Numbered from the stretch's first letter, positions 39,438 through 49,680 are shown. The stretch: 64,000 nt of DNA from Negativicutes bacterium (GCA_022840825.1 JALHDB010000001.1:54059-118058), one strand, 5' to 3'. The notes: generated by a model from the sequence alone, not told the origin. A program made the numbers and translations.

Positions 39438-40088
39438 ATGGGCGTTACTGCTAGAGCCACTTTGGACGAAATCGAGGGACTTGCGCATCAACAAAAAGAC
39501 ACTCTTAGAGTTATGGTTCATCAATCTATTAACGAGGCCGATCAGAAGAAGGGGCCTGCTGATACAATCGAAGTAGCTTTAGGTAATATCGGCAATTTTT
39601 ATTGTAAAATTGTGGCAAGGGACAGAACTAAGCAACCTGCCTCCACTACTAAGAACCGTGTAAATAATTCGAACTTTTCTAGCCCGCTGAAAAAGAAGTT
39701 AATGTCTGACATAGATTCGGGCACGATTAATAGGAATCATATTTCAGATATTCAGAAAGTAGCGAAGTTAAATAAGGATATTCTTACACTAGGGGAGTCA
39801 GTGCATCAAGAACTCATAGATGATATAAAGAATAATAGGGGCAAGCTAGACGATCTAAATAGAGAAGATGCGGCTGCCCTGGCTATAAACGCAGGATTGG
39901 TTACCCAACCCCTTGTGGAATTATGGTTTAGTAGTATTATTAGGTTAGCGGAGAAGCTAAATGCAAAGCTATGTATAGGGAACCTAGCATCCGTTATTTC
40001 CTTGTTGAGCGTAGAACAAAAAAAACAGCTCCGTAATGTATTATCTAACCTAATCGGCCATGCCCAAAACTTAATTAAAAACCTTTAG
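39438..40088 (+). CDS. Hypothetical helical protein
   Basis: 216 aa from ATG 39438 behind GGGGGGA; no recognisable motif; last gene before attR. Confidence 0.5.
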   Translation: MGVTARATLDEIEGLAHQQKDTLRVMVHQSINEADQKKGPADTIEVALGNIGNFYCKIVARDRTKQPASTTKNRVNNSNFSSPLKKKLMSDIDSGTINRNHISDIQKVAKLNKDILTLGESVHQELIDDIKNNRGKLDDLNREDAAALAINAGLVTQPLVELWFSSIIRLAEKLNAKLCIGNLASVISLLSVEQKKQLRNVLSNLIGHAQNLIKNL

Positions 40089-40299
40089 AACCTGACTGTG
40101 AAATCAATTTACATAATAGCGGGCTGTCGAGTCTCATATGAAAAACTATGCAGATTTTCGATATTGCTGGTTTTGAGGAATTTCTTCTCACATTCTTCTA
40201 ACACAACTTGCAAAAAAGTACCCGAAACAGCATAGAACGAGATCGATAAAATCTAGGGATTGCAAGCGTATCCGGACCCATCTGGAATAAAATTCTTAG

Positions 40300-40350
40300 A
40301 TGGCATTCAAGAGGTCAGCGGTTCGATCCCGCTTATCTCCACCAGGAAAA
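40300..40350 (+). repeat. attR: displaced 3' fragment of tRNA-Ala (51-bp direct repeat)
   Basis: Identical to 22292-22342; lacks the 5' 31 nt of the tRNA. Confidence 0.9.
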
Positions 40351-40355
40351 CACAG

Positions 40356-40396
40356 ATGTACCAAGGATTTAAGGTCTTTGGTACATTTTTATTTTT
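40356..40396 (+). terminator. Original tRNA-Ala terminator
   Basis: ATGTACCAAGG...CTTTGGTACAT hairpin plus TTTTTATTTTT. Confidence 0.8.
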
Positions 40397-40430
40397 GGGA
40401 TGGTCCTTGAATCGGCACGTGGCATTTCAA

Positions 40431-40464
40431 AATGGACAGGCTATTTTTTAGCCTGTCCATTTTA
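40431..40464. terminator. Second hairpin terminator (bidirectional shape)
   Basis: AATGGACAGGCTA-ttttt-TAGCCTGTCCATT, A-run before and T-run after. Confidence 0.6.
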
Positions 40465-40807
40465 AATGCTTGTTTTTAATTTTTAATATACTATCATAGT
40501 TGCAGTTGTCCGAGCTTTTTCGATAAAATAAATGAGATTTCGAGTGCCGGGAGTTAATATGGAAATTTGAGTGACGGCCAATGAGTGGCTAGGCATTGAT
40601 CCGGCAATAAAACAGGCGTTGGTTAGTATTATTACGATTATGTTTTGGCTGCAGATGGTAGCTTATATATGAATGGTATTCCCCAGGTACAAAGGCCGAT
40701 GTGAACCGTATAACACTGGATAAGCCGCGCTGGGGGTGGCGTTGGTATTACCCAAGCGACAGGGCGGGGCGTAGGGTGTGAATTTGCGACAGGAAAGATC
40801 ACTGAGT

Positions 40808-41260
40808 TTAATCATTCTCAAGAAATGCAACGGGATTATTTAGTTCTATTAATATCGCCGGAGATATTTTTAACGTTCGATTCGGTTGGCCAGATCCTCC
40901 GTAGACAAACTGATATTGTAAAAGTTTCTTGTCGAATACGATTGGCAGACTAAGTCCGATCATAGGCGTATCACCAGGATCAAATCCAGTTATTTCACGA
41001 ACTTGATCCTTATCTGCCAGTTTTGCGTAAGAAACATCTAAAATTTTTTTAATTAGTTTAAAATCAATGCGGGTGCGACTGCCAGAGAAAATTATTGAGT
41101 AATATCCCTTATCAGTTTTAATAATTAAATTAGGTGCTGTTTGTCCAACTTTGATGCCAAAATATTCAGCACCTTCAAGTGCTGAGTAAATCTGTTTTTC
41201 ATGAAGTATAAATTGGTAGTCATAAGTAGATTTCTCTAAAATGCTTTTAACAATATCCAT
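40808..41260 (-). CDS. YbaK/EbsC-like aminoacyl-tRNA deacylase domain protein
   Basis: 150 aa; pattern ...APNLIIKTDKGYYSIIFSG..RIDFKLIKKIL...GF.PG..P..G...P...D..L......YGG.G resembles the YbaK fold family. Confidence 0.55.
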   Translation of the reverse strand: MDIVKSILEKSTYDYQFILHEKQIYSALEGAEYFGIKVGQTAPNLIIKTDKGYYSIIFSGSRTRIDFKLIKKILDVSYAKLADKDQVREITGFDPGDTPMIGLSLPIVFDKKLLQYQFVYGGSGQPNRTLKISPAILIELNNPVAFLEND

Positions 41261-41385
41261 AGCGAGATCCTTTCAGTTTTTAGTTAATTTTAACATCATT
41301 TTACTTTTTAATGTATATAATAAGCGCGAAACCGAGCTCAAACATAGGTAGCCTAACTATTGGATGATATTGCAGTAAAATAGCA

Positions 41386-41994
41386 ATGCTTGACTTTGAG
41401 AATTATCAGCTGGTTACGTCGGCAACGCAGAATACGCTTTCCATGGCAGCAAAATTATCATATTGTGTTAAGATAATACTAAAGAGACTTGCCAATAATA
41501 ATGCCGAAAAATTGACTAAAACAATTTGCCGTAGTATGATAATGGCAACAAATAGTACGGAGTTGATTGCAGTGGAAGAAAAAGCTGAAAGACAGGTGTC
41601 ACAAAACGGGAAGTATGCACTGATTTTATATTTTGTCGAAAATAAAAGAATGACAATACAGGAAATCATCGACATTACTCCACAAAGGGCGTTGGAATTG
41701 CTGCCATCAGATGATGAACATATAATGAGACAATTGAAGAAATACCTCGCCAGCAACGTAAACAAAATTAAAAAGAACGAAAACAGGTACTTTTTTCCTG
41801 GACAAAAGGGAAAGGCGAGCGCTCGCTCAATATTACATGAACTCCATTTTTATCTGAAACCTCTTGGATTATCATTGAAGGATTTCGGTTTGCCCTCAAG
41901 GCCCCCGAAAGTTAATGAAATAGAAGAAATGAAGAAAATCGTAAAGCCTGAGGATATAATGAACTGGGCCAAAAAAATACTGATTGATGTATAA
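41386..41994 (+). CDS. Hypothetical protein
   Basis: 202-aa ORF in an A+T-rich stretch; start uncertain; no motif recognised. Confidence 0.4.
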   Translation: MLDFENYQLVTSATQNTLSMAAKLSYCVKIILKRLANNNAEKLTKTICRSMIMATNSTELIAVEEKAERQVSQNGKYALILYFVENKRMTIQEIIDITPQRALELLPSDDEHIMRQLKKYLASNVNKIKKNENRYFFPGQKGKASARSILHELHFYLKPLGLSLKDFGLPSRPPKVNEIEEMKKIVKPEDIMNWAKKILIDV

Positions 41995-42436
41995 GATCCA
42001 GCTAGAGCTGAACGGCTTAGGTCTTTTTAGCCAAATAATGTGCTGAAAAAATTTGATAAAAATATTGCTAAAATGTTTATCAAAAAAAATATTATGACAA
42101 TACAGTCATTTGAGAGTTAATAAAATTTGATAGGTATATAATTTTATGAAAGATGTATTTAATTGTTAGGGTTAGTTTAAGCTGGTGCTAGGACTCTAAA
42201 AGTCCGACCAAAGCGATTACTTCAGCTTTTAAGCAAGGAATTGCGTGATTTTGTCATAATAGAGCCGGATGTGATCAAAGATTAGAGATCACATCCGGCT
42301 CTGTTACTAGCTGCTCGTATACAGTAAGCAGGATAATAATAAAGAAAATGGAATAAATGATTTAATTATTAAAGTGCCATTGAGTGGAACAACTGCATTT
42401 CGGAATTTAGGGTGATTTATACTAGGAGGGTTAAAA

Positions 42437-42658
42437 ATGAGTATAAAGACCTGTATTTACTGCGGAAGCGACAAATTAGTAACGGGAATCAATATCAAAA
42501 TGAGTGCCGAAGTAAATAGAATCGGTTTGTCGCATCGGTCAAAGCTGCTGAGTATGTTAAGGGGTGTTGAGCCTGTATATGCAGACCTATGTAAGGAATG
42601 CGGAAGTATTACTCGACTATGGGTAAAAAACACAGAACAATACTGGGATACGGACTAA
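42437..42658 (+). CDS. Small zinc-ribbon protein
   Basis: CIYCGS ... CKECGS cysteine pairs; AGGAGGG RBS; hairpins downstream. Confidence 0.55.
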   Translation: MSIKTCIYCGSDKLVTGINIKMSAEVNRIGLSHRSKLLSMLRGVEPVYADLCKECGSITRLWVKNTEQYWDTD

Positions 42659-42849
42659 ACCTTATAATTTATTGGTTTAGTCTCAGGTAACAGTTAGTTA
42701 CCTGAGACTAAACATCTTCTAGAACCAACGGCGACGCCCGAAAAGAAAGAAGAAGATTTTCTGAGTAGCAGGCTCTTTTGGGAGGCAGGAGTTTTGTAAT
42801 TGTAATTCGAAGTTATATTTATTATTAACAGCCGAAGGGGATATCGTTT

Positions 42850-43239
42850 ATGATAAAATGGGAACAGGACTATAACATTGGAATTACGACTATTGATGAG
42901 CAGCATAAGAAATTATTTGAGATTGCGAACAGAATTTATGATTTGTTAAAGAACCAGCTTATTACCGATAAGTATGACCAAATTGTTGAAATAATGGCTG
43001 AACTGAAAGATTACACAATATATCACTTTAAAACCGAAGAAGAATACATGAAAAGTATAGGCTATAAAAGGTTTTTGTCACAAAAGGCCGCGCACAATGA
43101 GTTTATAGAAAAAATGCAGAATATTGATTTCACCCAAATTGATAACGATCAAAACGAATATTTGATGGGGATATTGGATTTTGTCTGTGACTGGCTTGTT
43201 CAACATATTATTAGAGCAGATAAATTAATTGGAAAATAG
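42850..43239 (+). CDS. Bacteriohemerythrin-like protein
   Basis: W...YNIGI..ID.QHK.LF, HF..EE.YM, H..F and DWL..HI..D iron-ligand motifs. Confidence 0.85.
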   Translation: MIKWEQDYNIGITTIDEQHKKLFEIANRIYDLLKNQLITDKYDQIVEIMAELKDYTIYHFKTEEEYMKSIGYKRFLSQKAAHNEFIEKMQNIDFTQIDNDQNEYLMGILDFVCDWLVQHIIRADKLIGK

Positions 43240-43407
43240 CGGTAGGGTAGTTCTGCGTTATTGGCAACAACCATGAATAGGTACTCCTTGTTAGTCGTAG
43301 TAGTAAAAAATGGCTGCATTTATGCAGTCATTTTTTACTACTACGTTTATTTTTGGGGTCTGTTTGAATATATTAACAGGAAAATAAATAATGAAGTAGG
43401 AGATGTT

Positions 43408-43947
43408 ATGGTGAAGATTTGTATAGATCCGGGACATTCCGGACCTTTTGAACCAGGGGCTTATGCCGGTGGAGTCGCCGAAGCCGATATTAATCTAATG
43501 GTCGCTAAGAAACTAGGCCTGTTATTAACTGATTGCGGATATGAAGTTATCTATACCCGGGAAGGGGATATAGATAACGATGAACTGTTATGGAGAGCAG
43601 AATTAGCTAACCAGCAACAGGCAAATCTATTTGTTAGCATTCATTGCAATGCTGCCGACAGTGAGGAAGCTCGCGGATTTGAGATTTATCACTACCCAGG
43701 AGCTATAGAAGGTGGTAGATTAGCGGACTCAATCAACCGGGCGTTTATGGCGTTCCCTTATACTTTAGAAAGGGGTGTAAAAAAAGCATATTTTACTGTA
43801 CTAGCCGAGACAAATATGCCGGCTATTCTGATTGAACTTGCATTTTTATCCTCAGAATTTGACCGGCAAATATTAACCACCGCTATATTCCAAACAATGA
43901 TGGCACTTATTATTACCAGCGGAATTCATGGTTATCTGGTGCTATAA
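43408..43947 (+). CDS. N-acetylmuramoyl-L-alanine amidase (chromosomal paralogue of the island amidase)
   Basis: MVKICIDPGHSGPFEPGAYAGGVAEA...SIHCNA...GFEIYHYPG; start moved to ATG 43408 behind GTAGGAG. Confidence 0.88.
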   Translation: MVKICIDPGHSGPFEPGAYAGGVAEADINLMVAKKLGLLLTDCGYEVIYTREGDIDNDELLWRAELANQQQANLFVSIHCNAADSEEARGFEIYHYPGAIEGGRLADSINRAFMAFPYTLERGVKKAYFTVLAETNMPAILIELAFLSSEFDRQILTTAIFQTMMALIITSGIHGYLVL

Positions 43948-43977
43948 TATTTAACTACATTGACCTATTAAATTAAC

Positions 43978-44295
43978 CTATATTTCATCAGCGAATGCAG
44001 TATTTTCTACTTGCCACTGTTTAAGTCGGCAATAACCCCAGGGAATGTAAAGGCCAAAAGTAAGAAAGGTTAATATTAAGATTAAGATCCATTGCCCAAT
44101 AAAGCCAAATCCACTGCCAAGAAAAACTAACTGACGGCCATTTATATAAGTATTTGAGGCGATCCATCTTTGCTGGGCACAGCTTGCCCAGGGGAAAAAC
44201 AAGCCAAATGTTAGCAGCGTTAATAGATAGGTCCAGATCATCAGCCAAATATATCCAAAACCCGTACCGGTAAACAGAAAATGCGTTTTTTGCAT
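43978..44295 (-). CDS. DUF898-like small membrane protein
   Basis: Two repeats of the TFGL(F/Y)xPW...R(W/Q) motif in hydrophobic context. Confidence 0.55.
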   Translation of the reverse strand: MQKTHFLFTGTGFGYIWLMIWTYLLTLLTFGLFFPWASCAQQRWIASNTYINGRQLVFLGSGFGFIGQWILILILTFLTFGLYIPWGYCRLKQWQVENTAFADEI

Positions 44296-44436
44296 AATTT
44301 CCTCCCTTTATTTATTCATAAATAGGCATATCATATCTTTGGCGTAATTTTAAAGAATTCCTTTAAAATTTTTGTTATAAATAAAAAATCGCGGTTTTTT
44401 CCGCGATTCATTCTTTCGATCTTGATATTAACAGTA

Positions 44437-44592
44437 TTAGGATTTATATATAAAAAGCAGATTGGCAATTATAGCAACTATGGCAACTAATCCCATTGCT
44501 CCTTGGTAGGTAGATAACCCTGATTCAAATATATACTGAATTGCTATTGCTGCAGCCGCTAAATTAATAATTAGGGTAACTCTTTTTAACAT
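44437..44592 (-). CDS. Possible 51-aa double-TM peptide
   Basis: GGAGGA RBS, MLKRVTLIINLAAAAIAIQYIF...LVAIVAIIANLLFIY; terminator hairpin (AATCGCGG/CCGCGATT) downstream; below the ORF-track cut-off. Confidence 0.4.
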   Translation of the reverse strand: MLKRVTLIINLAAAAIAIQYIFESGLSTYQGAMGLVAIVAIIANLLFIYKS

Positions 44593-44644
44593 GGAATATC
44601 CTCCTAATCCAAAATATTAAGCCAATGCAAAAAAGTAAAACTTC

Positions 44645-45067
44645 TTAGTACTTAAGTAAGATTATTCCTCCCACGATCAACAAGCTTGCAACTGCTTTAT
44701 ATAAAGTTATTTTTTCACCTAGAAATATGACACCTAAAATTAAAGAAACTAATGGAAATGCGGCAACAATGGGGGCAATGCGGCTTACTTCGCCATATTT
44801 TAATGCGGAATAGTACGCATATTGGCCCAATAAAGCCGCACATATTCCTTCTAAAGCTATAAAAGATATATCTCTGGCTGTAATATTTTCAATAAAAGAC
44901 CAGTTGGATGAAATTGTAATTGATGTAACTAATATAACGGTAATAATTAAGCTGCGAATCGTAAGTGCCGCCAAAGGTTGAATATTACTTAACCCGATTT
45001 TCCCGAAAACGGGTGCAATTCCCCAAAATAACATGGCTATAGCGGCGAATAAATAAGCATTAACCAT
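44645..45067 (-). CDS. Single-EamA-domain (DMT superfamily) small membrane transporter
   Basis: 140 aa, 4-5 TM helices, WG..PVF.K N-terminal pattern. Confidence 0.7.
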   Translation of the reverse strand: MVNAYLFAAIAMLFWGIAPVFGKIGLSNIQPLAALTIRSLIITVILVTSITISSNWSFIENITARDISFIALEGICAALLGQYAYYSALKYGEVSRIAPIVAAFPLVSLILGVIFLGEKITLYKAVASLLIVGGIILLKY

Positions 45068-45168
45068 AATATAAATCTCCAGCCTTTAGGTTGAGTCGTT
45101 AACGATTTAACTTTGAGTATTAAATTTGAGCATATTGCATTATAGATAAACCATGGCCTTGTCGTTTA

Positions 45169-46632
45169 TTAGTGAATAGGAAATGTAATTACAAAGGTTG
45201 TACCTGATCCTTGCTGAGAAATCACTTTAAACGCTCCGCCATGTCGCTTAACGATGCTGTTGCAAATTGACAATCCCAGTCCGGTACCATTTTCTTTTGT
45301 GGTAAAGAACGGGTCAAATATTTTCTCAATATATTCAGGCGGAATGCCGCAGCCTGTGTCCGAAATGCTTAATTCGATAGTATTGGCAACCATTGATGTT
45401 TTTAATTTCAACTCTCCTTTGCCGGACATTGCTTCAATACCGTTTCGACTCAAATTTAATAATAATTGGTGAATTTCTTTATCATTTAGCGGTAACAGCG
45501 GTAACTCATCCTGAAGATTAATAATTAGGTTGATTCCTTTGGTAACTGTATCACTGTAAATTAAAGGATAAATGTTATGAATAATTCGGTTTAAATCTTG
45601 GTTTTCCAATTTGTCTGGTTTATTTCGGGCTAAGGATAAAAAATTGCTGATGATTGAATTTACTTGGTCTAGTTCATCGAGTATAATTCTAAATTTGCCA
45701 TGAAGATGTGCGGAGGATTTATTCATTAAAATTTGTAAATAGCCACGTATCACTGTCATGGGATTTCTAATTTCATGAGCCACACCGGCCGCCATTTCCG
45801 CAATTAAGTTTAAGCGGTCGAGCCGGCTTATTTCTTTTTGATATTGCTCATGGTTTGACATATCTTGAAAGATGGCCAAGGCACCTTCAATAGTCTTTAA
45901 ATCATCGCTATAGATTGGACAAGCGTTAATTAAATATGGTTTACCCATGATTTGGGTGTAATATCCTTTGGTTTCAATTCCTTGCAATGCTTTTACAGTC
46001 AATGTGTTTTCGTACTTGTACCCAATTAGATCTGTCAATTTATTTAGCTTCATGCCGGTCAGGTTAATATCTTGGTAATGATGAAACAGATCGGCAAATG
46101 CGGCATTATATACAGTAATTTGCTCTTGATTATTAATAACGTATATTGGCAAAGGACACATATTGCCTAATTTAGTAATGTATTTTGCCGTTTTACATTG
46201 AGCGGATACAGGAATATCTTTAATATTATTTGCAGCGATTTTAGATATTTCTTTTAGCATTAGTATTATTACATGATTGTCAATTGGCATAATGGTGTAT
46301 TTTGCGCATCTAAGGCCAGCACCTGTTGGCAATATCGAATTTCCAGATGTGTGTTTATTAACTTGTTGAGCAGTTTCCAACAAGAAGCGAATACTTGAAT
46401 CAAGTTTAATATCGGCCATATTTTTGCCAATAAGGTCTTGTTGCTCGTAGCCCAAAAATTGTGCTGCGGGAGGACTGGCATAAAAACAATAAAGGTCATT
46501 GCGAAGAATATAGATGTAATCCTGCAGCAGGTCGCAGTCCAGCTTAAGTTCTTGTTTTAATGAATGAAGCTGTTGACTAAGTACTTGGGCATGTTTTAAT
46601 TTTTCGATAACGCATTGAATATCAGATTGCAT
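45169..46632 (-). CDS. Cytoplasmic PAS-domain sensor histidine kinase (orphan)
   Basis: H-box AAGVAHEIRNPMT, N box LLLNLSRNGIEA, G boxes DTGCGI and GTGLGL; no response regulator adjacent. Confidence 0.88.
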   Translation of the reverse strand: MQSDIQCVIEKLKHAQVLSQQLHSLKQELKLDCDLLQDYIYILRNDLYCFYASPPAAQFLGYEQQDLIGKNMADIKLDSSIRFLLETAQQVNKHTSGNSILPTGAGLRCAKYTIMPIDNHVIILMLKEISKIAANNIKDIPVSAQCKTAKYITKLGNMCPLPIYVINNQEQITVYNAAFADLFHHYQDINLTGMKLNKLTDLIGYKYENTLTVKALQGIETKGYYTQIMGKPYLINACPIYSDDLKTIEGALAIFQDMSNHEQYQKEISRLDRLNLIAEMAAGVAHEIRNPMTVIRGYLQILMNKSSAHLHGKFRIILDELDQVNSIISNFLSLARNKPDKLENQDLNRIIHNIYPLIYSDTVTKGINLIINLQDELPLLPLNDKEIHQLLLNLSRNGIEAMSGKGELKLKTSMVANTIELSISDTGCGIPPEYIEKIFDPFFTTKENGTGLGLSICNSIVKRHGGAFKVISQQGSGTTFVITFPIH

Positions 46633-46859
46633 CCATGCACCTCTTTAATCTAATCTGATTCTGGAATAGGCAATATCTAAACTACTTTCGACAGTTAGTT
46701 TGGTATTACCTGTATTGTAGATAAATATGCCGGATACCTTGGTATTACCACACTATGCTTGTCAAAATAATGAAATTTTTGACTGATAATTGCAGGAATT
46801 ATTTTACTTTTTAACGAAAAACATTTTTAATTTTAATACTTAGGCAAAGGAGGAGGACC

Positions 46860-49592
46860 ATGTCTGATAAATTAAGCAATTTAGTTTCAGAAAAATATCG
46901 GTCTTTGTTTGAATTAGCTCCTTATGCCATTTTTGTTGAGACAACAAAGGGACAAATCATTGACTGCAATTCAGCAGCTTGTCGATTATTCGGCTATAGT
47001 AAAGAAGAACTGGTTGGCTTAACAATTAAGGACTTAGTACCAGAAGAAGCTGCGAAATTTATTCCAAATACGATTTCAGAAGACTATACTACCGGTAATG
47101 CTTTAGTAAAAAGATTAAATAAACGAAAAGATGAAACATGCTTTACGACCGAAATTTGTACAAAAATTGCTATGATAGATGGCTGCGAGCGTCTTATTGC
47201 TTTTGTGCATGACATGTCCGAATACAAAATAGCTCAAGATATTTTGAAGATCAGTGAGGAACGGCTGATGTTGGCTATGGAGGCTGTAAACGGTGGTTTG
47301 TGGGACTGGGATGTTCGCTTAGGCCGGATTTATATTACACCTCAATATTTCTCATTGCTCGGATATCAACCAGGAGAAATTATTCCAACTTTTGCTAATT
47401 GGTTAAGTTTAGTTCATCCTAGTGACCGTAGTAAAGTGCTCGAAGAAATAGACAAGTGCTTGAACAATATCGTTAGTTGCTATGAAATTGAATTTAGGGT
47501 AAAAAAGAAGAACGGAGTTTGGTGCTGGATTTTATCCCGCGGAAAAGTTGTTAAGGTGGATGACACCGGCAAGCCCATGCGGATGGTTGGGACCCATATT
47601 GATATTACTGAGCGAAAACAAGCCCAGCAATTAATTAGGGAAAGTAATACTAAGTTGGAAGAATTGAACGAAGAGTTAATTGCTGCCAATGAGGAACTAA
47701 GTATTTTAGATAAACAGCGTTCACAACAAATAAATCAGCTTAATGAAAATCGAACAAAATTAGATTTGGCAAATCAAAAATTGTTGGATATTATTGATTT
47801 CTTACCTGATGCTACTTATGTAATCGACGAAAAGGGAATTGTGATTGCTTGGAATAGAGCAATAGAAAAAATGACCGGTGTATTAAAGAAAGAAATAATC
47901 GGCACAGGGGAATATTCCTATGCTGTTCCCTTTTTTGGTAAAAGAGTTCCAATTTTAATTGACTATTTTTCCGAACAAGGTTCGCAAATTGATTTAAAAC
48001 GCTATGATACTTTTAAAAGAGAAGAGAATAGATTATTCGGTGAAATGTTTATTCCAACCTTGAATAATGGTCAAGGGGCATACTTATTTGCAACAACAGC
48101 CCCTTTATTTGATCAATTTGGCAATAAAGTTGGTGCAATTGAATCTATTCGGGATATTAGTGAACGAAAGCAAAAAGAAGAGGTTATCCGGTTAAGTGAG
48201 ATCAAATATCGGTTTTTATTTGATCATATGCTTAATGGTTTTATTTACTTTAAGGTTATAAGGGATAGTAATGACGAGCCGATCGACTTTATCATTCTGG
48301 AAGTAAATAACTCGTTTGAAATTATTACCGGCCTCCATGCTGCAGATATTATCGGTCAACGGGTATCGGACGTGTTTGCCGGGCAGGATGAATGGATAGC
48401 GCTGTGCAATAAGGTCGTAAGATATAGTGAAGCCATTAAGGTCGAGTATTATTTGGATTTTATCGGTAAATGGGTCGATGCTTCGATATATACACCACAA
48501 AAGGATTTTGTGGCTGTTGTTCTTTCAGATATCACGGAAAGTAAGTCGGCGGCTCAAAGGCTAAAGCATGTAAGTATCCATGATGGATTGACCGGACTGT
48601 ACAACCGTATGTATTTTGAGGAAGAAATGAATCGATTAAAAAATGGCCGCTATGTGCCAATTGGTATAGTTGTTTGTGATATTGATGGTCTTAAATTAAT
48701 TAACGATACATTGGGACATTTAATCGGCGATGAGATTCTACTAGCTGCTGCTAAAATAATTAAAAACTCTTTTCGGAATGGTGACGTTGTTGCCAGAATA
48801 GGCGGCGATGAGATTGCGATAATTGTACCTTGTATAACGGAAGCCGCGATGGCTGATTTATATCAACGGATTAAGGACGGTATAACCGCATATAACAGTA
48901 ATAAGCCTGGTGTTCATTTGAGTATATCGGCGGGGTATGCCATATGTACACAGGTCCCGGTCATAATTGAAAGCTTATTCAAGGAAGCTGATAATAATAT
49001 GTATAGTGAAAAGGTTCAAAAAGGACCAAAGTCTCGCAATGAGATTATTCAGTCGCTAATTGAGAGGCTTATTAATCGTGACCGAATTGACGAAGGGCAT
49101 GCCGACAGAATGGTCTATTGGACAGTTAATTTGGGTCAAGCTATTGGCTTATCGAAAGGCAGATTAGCCAAGTTAAGCTTACTGGCAAGATTTCATGATA
49201 TTGGCAAAGTTGGTATTTCAGACTCGATTTTGTTTAAGCCAGGCCGGCTAATGGAAAGCGAAAACCGGGAAATGCGGCGCCATTGTGAAATCGGACAAAG
49301 AATTGCACAAAGTTCTCCAGAGTTGAGTGGGATTGCTGCTTTTATATTGAAACATCATGAATGGTGGGATGGTAGCGGGTATCCGTTAGGTTTGAAAGGG
49401 GAAGATATTCCAGAGGAGTGTAGGATATTAGCAATTATAGATGCGTATGATTCCATGACTCATCCTCGGCCATACGGATCGTCATTAACTGAATCGGAAG
49501 CGCTTAAGGAAATTGTCAAGAATTCCGGCAGCCAATTCGATCCGCAACTTGTGCAAAAGTTTATTGAACTTCACGTGAGTATCCACGGATAA
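46860..49592 (+). CDS. Multi-PAS GGDEF plus HD-GYP c-di-GMP turnover protein
   Basis: Several PAS/PAC modules, GGDEF domain with RIGGDEIAII, HD-GYP domain with FHDIGK and HHEWWDGSGYP. Confidence 0.9.
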   Translation: MSDKLSNLVSEKYRSLFELAPYAIFVETTKGQIIDCNSAACRLFGYSKEELVGLTIKDLVPEEAAKFIPNTISEDYTTGNALVKRLNKRKDETCFTTEICTKIAMIDGCERLIAFVHDMSEYKIAQDILKISEERLMLAMEAVNGGLWDWDVRLGRIYITPQYFSLLGYQPGEIIPTFANWLSLVHPSDRSKVLEEIDKCLNNIVSCYEIEFRVKKKNGVWCWILSRGKVVKVDDTGKPMRMVGTHIDITERKQAQQLIRESNTKLEELNEELIAANEELSILDKQRSQQINQLNENRTKLDLANQKLLDIIDFLPDATYVIDEKGIVIAWNRAIEKMTGVLKKEIIGTGEYSYAVPFFGKRVPILIDYFSEQGSQIDLKRYDTFKREENRLFGEMFIPTLNNGQGAYLFATTAPLFDQFGNKVGAIESIRDISERKQKEEVIRLSEIKYRFLFDHMLNGFIYFKVIRDSNDEPIDFIILEVNNSFEIITGLHAADIIGQRVSDVFAGQDEWIALCNKVVRYSEAIKVEYYLDFIGKWVDASIYTPQKDFVAVVLSDITESKSAAQRLKHVSIHDGLTGLYNRMYFEEEMNRLKNGRYVPIGIVVCDIDGLKLINDTLGHLIGDEILLAAAKIIKNSFRNGDVVARIGGDEIAIIVPCITEAAMADLYQRIKDGITAYNSNKPGVHLSISAGYAICTQVPVIIESLFKEADNNMYSEKVQKGPKSRNEIIQSLIERLINRDRIDEGHADRMVYWTVNLGQAIGLSKGRLAKLSLLARFHDIGKVGISDSILFKPGRLMESENREMRRHCEIGQRIAQSSPELSGIAAFILKHHEWWDGSGYPLGLKGEDIPEECRILAIIDAYDSMTHPRPYGSSLTESEALKEIVKNSGSQFDPQLVQKFIELHVSIHG

Positions 49593-49680
49593 TAATTATA
49601 ATTAAATATAAATTATGGCAGGATTGGCTGACTGCAAGGCGAAGTATTTATTATAATTCAGTCTGCAAAGGAGTTTAAAG

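Noticed and set aside
40260-40451. 63-aa ORF spanning attR
   Set aside because: It reads through the displaced tRNA fragment and its terminator, so coding is implausible.
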